A stretch of 64,000 bases of DNA from Bacillota bacterium (GCA_050260675.1 JBLNCN010000012.1:6104-70103), one strand, 5' to 3'; shown: positions 21,266 to 30,689, counted from the stretch's first letter. The notes: generated by a model from the letters alone, not told the origin. Program-made: numbers and translations.

Positions 21266-24200
21266 ATGGAGTTCTATCGCAGCCATATACTCGTCTGCTC
21301 CGGCACCGGATGCCACGCCTCGGGCAGTCTCCCTCTCAAGGATGCTTTGGAGAAGGAGATCGCTCGCGCGGGTCTCGACAAGGAGATCCGCGTAATCGAA
21401 ACCGGGTGCTTCGGATTCTGCCGGTTCGGACCCAACATGATGATCTACCCCGAAGGGGTGTTCTACTGTGGGGTTCATCAGGAAGATGTCCAGGAACTCG
21501 TCGAGGAGCACCTCGTCAAGGGCAGGGTCCTGGAGAGGCTCCTTTACAAGGAGCCTGAGACGCAGTCCTCGGTAGTCGACTTTGAGGACATCCCGTTCTT
21601 CAAGAAACAGACCAGGATCGTGCTGGAGAACTGCGGGATAATCAATCCCGAGTCCATCCGGGAATACATCGCCCGGGACGGCTACTTCGGCCTTGCCAAA
21701 GCGCTGAAGATGTCCCAGACCGAGGTCATCGAGGAGATCAAAAAGTCGGGACTAAGGGGCCGCGGGGGAGCAGGGTTCCCGACCGGCCTCAAGTGGGAAC
21801 TCACGTACAAAGCCGCGGGCTCGCCAAAGTACATCGTGGTCAACGCTGACGAGGGCGATCCCGGAGCTTTCATGGATAGGTCCACAATCGAGGGAGACCC
21901 CCACAGGATCCTGGAAGGCATGGCTATCGCGGGATATGCGGTAGGTGCGTCACACGGCTACATCTATGTCCGCGCCGAATACCCGCTGGCCGTCGACCGT
22001 CTCTACAAGGCCATCGATCAGGCCAGAGAGATGAACCTACTGGGTACAAATATCCTCGGTTCGGGTTTCTCATTCGATATCGACCTCCGTCTTGGAGCCG
22101 GCGCTTTCGTATGCGGCGAGGAGACGGCGCTACTGAACTCCGTCATGGGTAGCCGCGGCGAACCTCGACCCAGGCCGCCGTTCCCCGCCAACTCAGGTCT
22201 CTGGGGCAAGCCCACCGTCATCAACAACGTTGAGACGATGGCCAACATCCCGGCAATCATGAGAAAGGGCGCGGAGTGGCACGCGGCGATGGGTACCGAG
22301 AAGTCCAAGGGTACCAAGGTGTTCGCTCTCGCCGGGAAGATCAACAACAACGGTCTTGCAGAAGTGCCGATGGGAACCACGATCGGGGAGATCGTCTACG
22401 ACATCGGCGGAGGGCTCTCAAGCGGCAAGAAGTTCAAGGCCGTGCAGACGGGCGGACCTTCAGGCGGATGCATTCCCGCCCAGTACCTGAACACCCCCGT
22501 TGACTATGAATCGCTCCTCCAATTGGGAACCTTCATGGGCTCGGGCGGTTTCATCGTCATGGACGAGGACACCTGCATGGTCGACCTCGCCAAGTTCTTC
22601 CTGGAGTTCGTTCAGTCCGAGTCTTGCGGCAAGTGCGCACCCTGCCGGATTGGCACCAAACAGATGCTAAACGTGCTAAAGCGCATCACCAGGGGCGAGG
22701 GCCGCGAAGGAGACATAGAACTCCTGCAGGAGATGGGTGAGGCCATCAAGCAGTCCGCTCTCTGCGGACTAGGCCAGGGTGCGCCGAACCCTGTGCTTTC
22801 CACCATCAAGTACTTCCGCGATGAGTATGAGGCCCACATACGTGACAAGAAGTGCCCGTCCTCGGTGTGTGCCGCGCTGTTCGACGCTCCGTGTCAGAAC
22901 ACGTGCCCGGCGAACGTGGACGTTCCGATCTACATCGATCTGGTGAGGCAGGGCCGCTACGCCGAGGCCTACGAGGAAATCATGCGCGAGAACCCGCTAC
23001 CGGTGGTTTGCGGCAGGGTCTGCAACCACCCCTGCGAGTCGAGGTGCAGGCGCAACCAACTCGATCAGGCTTTGGCCATCAGGGATCTAAAACGGTTTGC
23101 CGCAGACTACGCATGCAGCTTGAACGGTTCCAGGCCCATGGCGGAGAGGAAGCCGGCTACCGGAAAGACGGTAGGTATCATCGGCGCCGGTCCCGCCGGA
23201 CTCACAGCCGCCTACTACCTGGCTCTTCAAGGGCACGACGTCACGGTCTACGAGGCCTTGCCGGTAAAGGGCGGGATGCTCGCGGTGGGCATTCCAGAAT
23301 ACCGGCTGCCCAAAAAGCAGCTGCAGAAGGACCTTGAAGTCATCGAGCGGCTCGGCGTGCGCATCAAGACGGGCGTCAAAGTCGGCAAAGACGTCTCTTG
23401 GGAGACGCTTAAGTCCCAGCACGATGCTCTGTTCGTGGCAATAGGCGCGCACAAGGACCAAAGGCTCGGCATCCCGGGCGAGGACCTTGCGGGAGTCATT
23501 CCCGGCGTGACCTTCCTACGCGACATAGCGCTCGGCAAGGCCGCCGATGTTTCAGGCAAGAAGGTTATCGTGGTTGGAGGCGGCAACGTGGCAATGGACG
23601 CCGCCAGGTCAGCCAAGAGGCTGGGAGCCCAGTCGGTTACGGTAGTCTACCGGCGCAAGAAGGAAGACATGCCCGCTCAGGCCGAGGAGATTGAGGCCGC
23701 GGAAGAGGAAGGCATTACGATCCTGCCAATGGTCAATCCCAGCGGAGTCAAGGGAACGGGTAGCGTTACCGCCGTCACTTGTGTACGCATGAAGGCCGGC
23801 GAGTTCGACGCCTCCGGCCGGCGACGGACCTCTCCGGTTGAAGGCAGCGAGTTTGACATCCGGTGCGACCTCTTCATCCCCGCTATCGGCCAGGTCAGCG
23901 ACACCGAGCCGTTTGCCGGGAACGGTCTGGAGATAGTCCGAAACACCTTCAAGGCCGATCCCAGGTCGCTGTCTACCGGCGAGAATGGCGTGTTCGCAGG
24001 AGGAGACTGCGTCTCCGGTCCCGCCACAGTGGTAGAAGCCATTGCGGCCGGCAAGACCGCCGCGGCTTCGATCGACAGGTACCTCGGCGGCGATGGACTC
24101 GTCGTGCCGCCTCTCAAGCATGAACGCAAGCTTTCGGCGCCGGTCAACGAGGAGAAGATGCAGAGGACCCACCCGAAGATGGCTACGATGGGCGCCCGCC

Positions 24201-24292
24201 TCGGGTCGTTCGCCGAAGTTGAACTCGGATTTGACGAGAAGTCGGCTCAGCGCGAAGCCTCACGGTGTCTGCGCTGCGACGTGAAAGGATAG
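21266..24292 (+). CDS. hydB: [FeFe]-hydrogenase NuoF-like flavoprotein subunit HydB fused to a C-terminal GltD/NfnB-like NAD(P)H:FAD oxidoreductase module
   Basis: 1008 aa. N-terminal 2Fe-2S thioredoxin-like domain, 'GRGGAGFPTGLKW' FMN/NADH site, 'ESCGKCAPCR' 4Fe-4S. From about aa 530, two Cys clusters, then 'GKTVGIIGAGPAGLTAAYYL' and 'KVIVVGGGNVAMDAA' Rossmann motifs typical of glutamate-synthase small-subunit-like proteins. Confidence 0.85.
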   Translation: MEFYRSHILVCSGTGCHASGSLPLKDALEKEIARAGLDKEIRVIETGCFGFCRFGPNMMIYPEGVFYCGVHQEDVQELVEEHLVKGRVLERLLYKEPETQSSVVDFEDIPFFKKQTRIVLENCGIINPESIREYIARDGYFGLAKALKMSQTEVIEEIKKSGLRGRGGAGFPTGLKWELTYKAAGSPKYIVVNADEGDPGAFMDRSTIEGDPHRILEGMAIAGYAVGASHGYIYVRAEYPLAVDRLYKAIDQAREMNLLGTNILGSGFSFDIDLRLGAGAFVCGEETALLNSVMGSRGEPRPRPPFPANSGLWGKPTVINNVETMANIPAIMRKGAEWHAAMGTEKSKGTKVFALAGKINNNGLAEVPMGTTIGEIVYDIGGGLSSGKKFKAVQTGGPSGGCIPAQYLNTPVDYESLLQLGTFMGSGGFIVMDEDTCMVDLAKFFLEFVQSESCGKCAPCRIGTKQMLNVLKRITRGEGREGDIELLQEMGEAIKQSALCGLGQGAPNPVLSTIKYFRDEYEAHIRDKKCPSSVCAALFDAPCQNTCPANVDVPIYIDLVRQGRYAEAYEEIMRENPLPVVCGRVCNHPCESRCRRNQLDQALAIRDLKRFAADYACSLNGSRPMAERKPATGKTVGIIGAGPAGLTAAYYLALQGHDVTVYEALPVKGGMLAVGIPEYRLPKKQLQKDLEVIERLGVRIKTGVKVGKDVSWETLKSQHDALFVAIGAHKDQRLGIPGEDLAGVIPGVTFLRDIALGKAADVSGKKVIVVGGGNVAMDAARSAKRLGAQSVTVVYRRKKEDMPAQAEEIEAAEEEGITILPMVNPSGVKGTGSVTAVTCVRMKAGEFDASGRRRTSPVEGSEFDIRCDLFIPAIGQVSDTEPFAGNGLEIVRNTFKADPRSLSTGENGVFAGGDCVSGPATVVEAIAAGKTAAASIDRYLGGDGLVVPPLKHERKLSAPVNEEKMQRTHPKMATMGARLGSFAEVELGFDEKSAQREASRCLRCDVKG

Positions 24293-24303
24293 GTGGCGAT
24301 TCC

Positions 24304-26103
24304 ATGGCCGACGTAACTCTCACAATCGACGGAAAGAACGTGACTGTACCGGAAGGCACCTCCATCCTGGAAGCTGCCAAGACCGTCGGGGTTGACATAC
24401 CTTCCCTCTGCTACCTGAAGGACCTGAACGTGATCGGGTCCTGCCGCGTCTGCGTGGTCGAAGTCGAGAGGGCCAAGTCGCTGCAGGCGGCCTGCGTAAC
24501 CCCGGTAGTGCCGGGCATGGTGGTCCACACCAATACGCCGAAGGTCAGGGCGTCCCGCAGGATGACGGTGGAGCTGATCCTGTCAGACCATCCGTACGAG
24601 TGCCCGACCTGTCCCCGCAACCTGAACTGCGAGCTGCAGTCTCTCGCAGAGCGCCTGGGCATCCGCGAGGTAAGGTTCGAAGGAATCAGAGAAGAGAAAC
24701 CGCTGGATATGTCCACGCCCGGCATCGTCCGCGACGCCAACAAATGCATACTGTGCAGGCGCTGCGCCGCAGTCTGCTCCAAGATTCAGGGAGTTGACGC
24801 CATCGGACCGATCGGGCGGGGGATGGAGACCATCATCGGTCCCGCGTGGGGCGAGTCTATGGCGGAAAGCCCATGCGTGCAGTGCGGGCAGTGTACGCTG
24901 GTCTGTCCGGTCGGAGCACTCTACGAAAGGGACTACACGAACGACGTCTGGAAGGCGCTTCAGGACCCCACCAAGCACGTGGTAGTGCAGACGGCCCCCG
25001 CAACTAGGGTCGCCATCGGCGAGCCGTTCGGTTTGGAGCCGGGAAGCATCAGCACCGGCAAGATGGTAGCAGCGCTGCGTAGCCTCGGCTTCGACAAGGT
25101 GTTCGATACCGACTTCACGGCCGACCTCACCATCATGGAAGAGGGCTCCGAGCTGCTGCAGAGGATCAAGGAGGGCGGGACCCTTCCCCTAATCACCTCC
25201 TGCAGCCCGGGGTGGATCAAGTACATGGAGGAGTTCTATCCGGATCTATCGGACCATGTCTCGACGTGCAAGTCGCCCCAGCAGATGTTCGGTGCCCTCG
25301 CCAAGACGTACTACGCCGAAAAGATGGGCATAGATCCTGCCAACATCGTCTCGGTCTCGATAATGCCGTGCACTGCCAAGAAGTTCGAGTGCCAGCGTCC
25401 TGAGATGAACTCGTCCGGCTTCCAGGACGTTGACTATGTCCTTACGGTCCGGGAACTCGCCCGGATGATCAAGGAATCGGGACTTGACTTCAAGAGCTTG
25501 CCCGAGGAGGAGTACGATGCCCCTCTCGGGATATCTACAGGCGCCGGCGTGATCTTTGGGGCTACCGGTGGAGTGATGGAGGCGGCCCTGCGTACCGCCT
25601 ATGAGCTGTACACCGGAAAGCCTCTCGACAAGATCGACTTCGAGCCGGTCAGAGGCCTAACTGGACTGAAGACCGCGACGGTAGATGCTGACGGCACGAA
25701 GCTCAGAGTCGCCGTTGCCCACACGCTGGCCAATGCCCGGCTCCTCCTTGATAAGGTGAAGTCAGGTGAAGAGCAGTACCACTTCATCGAGATCATGACT
25801 TGTCCCGGAGGTTGCATCGGTGGCGGAGGGCAGCCGATACCCACCGATACCGAGATCCGCCAAAAGAGGATTGACGCGATCTACGAAGTTGACCGCGACA
25901 TGCCGCTGCGAAAATCCCATGAGAATCCGGCCGTCCAGGAGCTGTACCGGACCTATCTGGGGAAGCCGCTGGGGCACAAGTCCCATCACCTGCTTCACAC
26001 CACTTACAGGTGGAGATCGAAGCACGGCACAATGGTGCAGAAGGGCGACCAGGGAGTCTGGGCTCTCGATAAGGTCGCTGCACCTGGCGGAGAACCTAGG
26101 TAG
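24304..26103 (+). CDS. hydA: [FeFe]-hydrogenase catalytic subunit HydA (M3-type: 2Fe-2S, His-ligated 4Fe-4S, 2x4Fe-4S, H-domain)
   Basis: H-cluster motifs 'TSCSPGW' (atypical; canonical is TSCCPxW), 'MPCTAKKFE', 'EIMTCPGGCIGGGGQP'. N-terminal 'CRVC', 'HPYECPTCPRNLNC', 'CILCRRCAAVC', 'CVQCGQCTLVCP'. Confidence 0.9.
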   Translation: MADVTLTIDGKNVTVPEGTSILEAAKTVGVDIPSLCYLKDLNVIGSCRVCVVEVERAKSLQAACVTPVVPGMVVHTNTPKVRASRRMTVELILSDHPYECPTCPRNLNCELQSLAERLGIREVRFEGIREEKPLDMSTPGIVRDANKCILCRRCAAVCSKIQGVDAIGPIGRGMETIIGPAWGESMAESPCVQCGQCTLVCPVGALYERDYTNDVWKALQDPTKHVVVQTAPATRVAIGEPFGLEPGSISTGKMVAALRSLGFDKVFDTDFTADLTIMEEGSELLQRIKEGGTLPLITSCSPGWIKYMEEFYPDLSDHVSTCKSPQQMFGALAKTYYAEKMGIDPANIVSVSIMPCTAKKFECQRPEMNSSGFQDVDYVLTVRELARMIKESGLDFKSLPEEEYDAPLGISTGAGVIFGATGGVMEAALRTAYELYTGKPLDKIDFEPVRGLTGLKTATVDADGTKLRVAVAHTLANARLLLDKVKSGEEQYHFIEIMTCPGGCIGGGGQPIPTDTEIRQKRIDAIYEVDRDMPLRKSHENPAVQELYRTYLGKPLGHKSHHLLHTTYRWRSKHGTMVQKGDQGVWALDKVAAPGGEPR

Positions 26104-26160
26104 CCCTACGCCAGTCCTCCGCCGCTTGAGGGCGGCCCCTTACCAGGGGCCGCCTTTGCT
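26080..26160 (+). repeat. 3'-end repeat family A, copy 1 (last 7 codons of hydA 'APGGEPR*' plus terminator hairpin GGCGGCCCC-N7-GGGGCCGCC)
   Basis: Near-identical core 'aggtagc..ta.cgccagtcctccgcc...ggcggcc.cctta...ggggccgcc' shared with 27241-27320. Confidence 0.65.
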
Positions 26161-26256
26161 TGCTCCGCTGGTTTGTGTTGTATACTGGAGCGAGGGCGTC
26201 AGTTGGCAAGTCCGGCCGACAGCCCACCTGCAGCGACTGCTCGCGAGGCATGATTC

Positions 26257-27264
26257 GTGCAGTTCGAAGAGTTGGGGGGAAGATTGGTGACAGCAAAGCG
26301 TTCGGCCGGTTTCCTTTTCCTGGCCGCCACCTGTGGGCTCTTGTTCTATTACGCGATGTCGGGAGCTGCAAGCGCATCTGGGCCTGTTCCGGCCGTTGTC
26401 ATTGTAGTCGCACTCTTGGCGTTGGTATACGGCGTTTACCTTGAGAAAGGAGCCATCACAGCTCCCGGCAAGGGACCGTTGTTCCCAGTGAAGGACCTGT
26501 ATCTGTTCATTTCGGTTGTGGCGGGCGCGGTTGCTTCGTACTGGCTCAGCGTGAACTTGAAACTTGGCGCGGTAGTCGGCGCAGCGCTCGTGGGCTTGCT
26601 GGCGGGCGTTCTTATCCCCGCCTACGGGGTTCCGATCTACTGCGGAAGCTTTGTCGGCCAGGCGTCGCCGAAGGTCTTTGATGGTAATGAGGTGCTGCTC
26701 GCCGCAATAGTCGCAGGTGTCGTCTATGTACTTGCGCAGGACGTGTTCAACGGTTTTGGCGGTAAGCTCGGGACTATCGCCTACGCGGGAGGCATCCTTT
26801 CTGCCCTGTTCGGCGGCAAGGCCCTCCTCTCCTCACAAGTGCCGGGTTGGGACGTGGGGCAGCAGATAGTCCTCACCTCGGTGATCGCGGCAGTGGTTAC
26901 CTATCAAGTGAACGTGAAGCTTGGGAAGGGTGCGGTCGTGGCTTCCGCATTGGTGAGCCTTGTAGGGGGGCTGGTCCTTCCGACCGCCTTTCAGACGACA
27001 GGCGCAACTCTGGCGACGGTCTGCATGTGCGCGTCCTTTGCCGGGATGTCGGCCAGGACACGGATCGCCAATGAGGCGCTGATGGCGGCCGCCGGAGTCA
27101 TAGTTGGCCTAGTGTTTATGTACGGCTTGCCGTACCTCGGCGGTGTAGGCGGCAAACTTGGGACAACGGCTTTCGGATCGGTTATAGCGGTTAATGCCTT
27201 AGCAAAGGCAGCCCAGAGTCTTGGCTCAAAAGCACTCAGAGCACCGGGCGGGGAAGTTAGGTAG
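26257..27264 (+). CDS. hypothetical Gly/Ala-rich polytopic membrane protein with internal two-fold repeat
   Basis: About 8-10 predicted TM helices. Repeated 'GGKLGT(I/T)A(Y/F)(A/G)' blocks in each half. True start may be TTG 26284 or GTG 26287 after a GGGGGGA run. Confidence 0.55.
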   Translation: MQFEELGGRLVTAKRSAGFLFLAATCGLLFYYAMSGAASASGPVPAVVIVVALLALVYGVYLEKGAITAPGKGPLFPVKDLYLFISVVAGAVASYWLSVNLKLGAVVGAALVGLLAGVLIPAYGVPIYCGSFVGQASPKVFDGNEVLLAAIVAGVVYVLAQDVFNGFGGKLGTIAYAGGILSALFGGKALLSSQVPGWDVGQQIVLTSVIAAVVTYQVNVKLGKGAVVASALVSLVGGLVLPTAFQTTGATLATVCMCASFAGMSARTRIANEALMAAAGVIVGLVFMYGLPYLGGVGGKLGTTAFGSVIAVNALAKAAQSLGSKALRAPGGEVR

Positions 27265-27320
27265 CAGTAACGCCAGTCCTCCGCCATCGTAGGCGGCCTC
27301 CTTATGGGGGGGCCGCCTTC
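27241..27320 (+). repeat. 3'-end repeat family A, copy 2 (last 7 codons 'APGGEVR*' of the membrane protein plus hairpin GGCGGCCTCC-N6-GGGGGCCGCC)
   Basis: Direct repeat of 26080-26160. The identity extends into the coding sequence (gcacc(t/g)ggcgg(a/g)gaa...aggtag). Confidence 0.65.
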
Positions 27321-27432
27321 AGTATCATCCATGCCGGGCGCAGTTGACCTAGGTTGGCCGCGGAGCGAAGGAACTTCTCTGAGACCGCAGAAGTCTGAGT
27401 AGATGGTAGTCTCCTGCCGGGAGTGGGAATAT

Positions 27433-28341
27433 ATGGCCAGGGCAGCTCGAAACGGCCAAGAGTGCGGCCGGCGTATGAAGGCTCGGAAGCGAAGGGTCCG
27501 CGCACAGTGGGTTGGACTTCTATTGGGCGCCGTGACTCTTATGTCAGCCCTACTGTTGTCGCCGGCGCTGCTGGACCCAGCCGATAGCTCCGAGATGGCG
27601 CAGGAGCCTGATCCGGCGACCCCGGGCGAGGTCGTCGAGGCCGCTTCCACCGCAGCTTCTTCTACCGCAACTTACCCTCCAGACCTTAAGGTCCCGATAC
27701 TCATGTACCATGACATCGGGTCCTCGGCAAACGGGCTAACGGTTACACCTGCGATGCTCGCTGAGCAGGTAGACACACTAAAATCAGCCGGGCATCACAC
27801 GATCTCGCTCGACACGCTGCTCCTTGCTATGCGGAATGAGCCCGTTTCACTTCCTGAGAAGCCTGTCGTGCTCTGTTTCGACGACGCCTACGCCAAGGTG
27901 TACTCTGACGCCTACCCGATACTCAAAGAGCGCGGTTTCTCAGCAACCCTTTTTGTGATCACGGGGCTTGTTGGGAAGGATGGATACCTGACGTGGGAGC
28001 AGATCAACGAACTCGCCGAGGCAGGTTGGTCGGTCGGGTGCCACACCGCGCGCCACCTCGACTTGCGCACTTTGGGACGTGAAAGCCTGAGCGCCGAGAT
28101 AGCGGATGCCCGGGCGGTGTTGCAGGAGAAGACAGGACAGGCGATTCTCTCATTCTGCTACCCATCCGGCAAGTACACCGACCAGGTGCTTCAAGCCGTG
28201 AAGGATGCGGGCTATTACGGCGCGGTGACCACTGTCCCTGGAGTTGCTCAGTTGTCGGACCCACCGTTTACCCTCGACCGCGTCAGGGTCGACGGGCGCG
28301 AAGGATTAGCGACGTTCAAAGCCAAACTCTCGATACCCTAG
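27433..28341 (+). CDS. polysaccharide deacetylase (NodB homology, CE4) family protein with N-terminal signal anchor
   Basis: 'PILMYHDIG', 'VVLCFDDAY', 'ATLFVITG', 'WSVGCHTARH' NodB motifs. ATG 27433 follows GGGAGTGGG. Confidence 0.7.
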   Translation: MARAARNGQECGRRMKARKRRVRAQWVGLLLGAVTLMSALLLSPALLDPADSSEMAQEPDPATPGEVVEAASTAASSTATYPPDLKVPILMYHDIGSSANGLTVTPAMLAEQVDTLKSAGHHTISLDTLLLAMRNEPVSLPEKPVVLCFDDAYAKVYSDAYPILKERGFSATLFVITGLVGKDGYLTWEQINELAEAGWSVGCHTARHLDLRTLGRESLSAEIADARAVLQEKTGQAILSFCYPSGKYTDQVLQAVKDAGYYGAVTTVPGVAQLSDPPFTLDRVRVDGREGLATFKAKLSIP

Positions 28342-28374
28342 CGGCCGTTCTCGAACGTCCGCCGGGATCGCGTT

Positions 28375-29421
28375 CTACTTTGCTGTCAGCTCTCCGACCT
28401 TCGCGTCGGTCGGCACTATCTGCACCCAAGTCTGGCCGGCGGTCAGCGTGATCTTCTCGCCGTCGGCAGTGTAGAACCATGTAGGCTTATCAACGCTCTC
28501 CTTCTTCCACGTGCCCTCGCTGTAACGACCTCCGAGCAGATACAGGGCCTTACCCTCACCGATAAGATCAATTATCAGGCCGCCGTCGGAATAAGCCACC
28601 CGGCTCTTGGCGAATTGCACGATTACGTTCGAGACCGCCGGTGTCTCGTTTGTTCCGCGGTCCTGGTACACGAAGGGATCCAGCCCGCGGTCAAGTATCA
28701 CCCGTTCGTACTTTTTGTCTTTATACCTGTACTGCACGGTGTAGCCTTGTCCGTATTGGATTTCCAGACCCGCCGAGGGCTCCTCAGCCCAGTCCTGGAA
28801 TTCGTATCGCTTTTCGGGCGCGGCAAGCGGCTGGGCTGGCACTTTGCGCAGGTTTTCTACGCTTGTATAGAGATTGTGGGGAGCCTTTCTGGAATTGTCC
28901 CGCCAGTACAGGCTACTGTAACGGAACTCGTCTCCGTCAACGACCTTCCACTCGCGGATAGGCTCAATATCCTTGGGGTCGCCGCCGCAGTGGGCGAATA
29001 CCGCGCCCCATTCCTTCGCCAGCATAGCAAAGTATGGCCTGGCGCTGCGTACCGGGCCTACAGTCGCCGGGGCTTCGCTGTAGTAGATTGCCAGGTACCT
29101 TGTGATCCCGCCCTCGGCCAGGACTTCATACACGATATCTGCCCTAGCCAGCCCCGATTGGGGGCGCGCGTTGCGGTAGTTGTCAGTGGAAACCGCGACC
29201 GGGCTGCCGGGAGACGAGACAGGCAAGTTCGTGATGGGTGAGAGGGCGACGGGTGGCTTGGTCTCTCCGGCCGGTGGGATCTTAGGATCGGTTGAACCCT
29301 GTGGGTTGGTCACGGGTGGAGCCGCACTCCGACACCCGGCGAGGAGCAGGGCCATGACGATTCCTGCCACGAGGAGACAGATAAGGGCCGACCGACTGGG
29401 CTTGGGCAATAGGAAAAACAT
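28375..29421 (-). CDS. DUF3048 (YerB-like) domain lipoprotein
   Basis: Lipobox 'LLAGC'. 'ADIVYEVLAEGGITRYLAIY' matches DUF3048. Confidence 0.7.
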   Translation of the reverse strand: MFFLLPKPSRSALICLLVAGIVMALLLAGCRSAAPPVTNPQGSTDPKIPPAGETKPPVALSPITNLPVSSPGSPVAVSTDNYRNARPQSGLARADIVYEVLAEGGITRYLAIYYSEAPATVGPVRSARPYFAMLAKEWGAVFAHCGGDPKDIEPIREWKVVDGDEFRYSSLYWRDNSRKAPHNLYTSVENLRKVPAQPLAAPEKRYEFQDWAEEPSAGLEIQYGQGYTVQYRYKDKKYERVILDRGLDPFVYQDRGTNETPAVSNVIVQFAKSRVAYSDGGLIIDLIGEGKALYLLGGRYSEGTWKKESVDKPTWFYTADGEKITLTAGQTWVQIVPTDAKVGELTAK

Positions 29422-29635
29422 GGAACACACCACTCCTCATTCTGTTATCCACCCGTATGTACCGAGGCCGCGCAAGTGCAAACGCGCGATTCGCCTAGCC
29501 TATGCGCGAAGCCGCATAACGCTCTTAGTTCGTTCTATTCTACTTGACGTAAGTCTTATCCTAGAATATGTGGAGTCTTATGTTGTAGCAGGTATCGCGC
29601 AACATTCACACAAGGTTAGCAGGAGGTCCGTAACG

Positions 29636-29842
29636 ATGCCGGTCTACGAGTATAGATGTCCCAAGTGCGGCGTATTCGAGGCAACCCAGAAGATTACCGA
29701 GGAACCGCTCACTACCTGCCCTACATGCGGAGCCAAGGTCAAGAAGCTCATCAGCCACGGCGTAGGGATCGTGTTCAAGGGGTCCGGTTTCTACTGCACC
29801 GATAATCGCAAGGGCGACAGCGGCAGCAAGGATAAAGAATAA
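29636..29842 (+). CDS. FmdB family zinc-ribbon protein
   Basis: 'MPVYEYRCPKCGVFE...TCPTCGA' is the canonical FmdB N-terminus. AGGAGG RBS 8 nt upstream of ATG 29636. Confidence 0.7.
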   Translation: MPVYEYRCPKCGVFEATQKITEEPLTTCPTCGAKVKKLISHGVGIVFKGSGFYCTDNRKGDSGSKDKE

Positions 29843-29959
29843 GGCTCCATGGGGCCAGAAGATGAGTGAGCGCCGGTTTGTCCGGCGCTCACGTCATGTC
29901 CTGCCAGCCAGCGGATCTGCTGGGATTGCCTGCTGCAACAGCTGGCTGCAATAGCGCAG

Positions 29960-30466
29960 TCACTGATGGATGTTACGCAGTATCCCCCTCTTGGTGAACA
30001 AAAACCCCCAGAAGAACACCGCTACGGCAGAGTCGACGGCATGGTGAGCCAACGTGCCAAGCGCCACTACGGAACCCGCACTCCGCAATGTGTACCCAAG
30101 CGGTAGGACAATGAATGCCTCAAGCAGAGCGTGTACGGGCGCTGTGACGGCCAGCGCAACAGGGAATGGGACCTTCCTGCGGACTAACCAGGCGCCGAGC
30201 ACTCCTACGGGTATGTGCATAGCGGCCCTCATAGCTACTATCGGACCGAGGCGTGGAAGGAAACCGATCGCCGAGCCAAATCCGACCGCTGCTGCGATTC
30301 CCGGCCCAAATAGCATCGAGAGCATGAGAGGGACGTGGGACGCCGGCGTGGCGGTGAACGGACCCAAAGTCAGGCTGACGGTACCCGCCATAGTCAAAGG
30401 AATTGCGAGGGACAGAGCGAGAAGCAGCGAACCGGCTGTGAGACGGTAGACGTCTTTGCTGGCCAA
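29960..30466 (-). CDS. small polytopic membrane protein (possibly an ECF-type S-component; family uncertain)
   Basis: 168 aa with 5-6 hydrophobic helices; no soluble domain. Confidence 0.45.
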   Translation of the reverse strand: MASKDVYRLTAGSLLLALSLAIPLTMAGTVSLTLGPFTATPASHVPLMLSMLFGPGIAAAVGFGSAIGFLPRLGPIVAMRAAMHIPVGVLGAWLVRRKVPFPVALAVTAPVHALLEAFIVLPLGYTLRSAGSVVALGTLAHHAVDSAVAVFFWGFLFTKRGILRNIHQ

Positions 30467-30689
30467 TTATGGACCCTCCTGACGGTACTCATCAGAGAAC
30501 CGACAGCTGAATCCTAACAGATGTCTTGTCAGGTGTAAATACATGCCAGGACCTTATGATCTGCTCTCCAGGCGAAAAAGAAGAGGGGCCAGGTCAGTAC
30601 ACCCGGTTTCGGATGCCCGGTCTCGTGAGGTTCTTGGTTGGCACCAGGAACAGACCTCCACGGACCAGTTACCTGTCCCCTTTCGGTTT

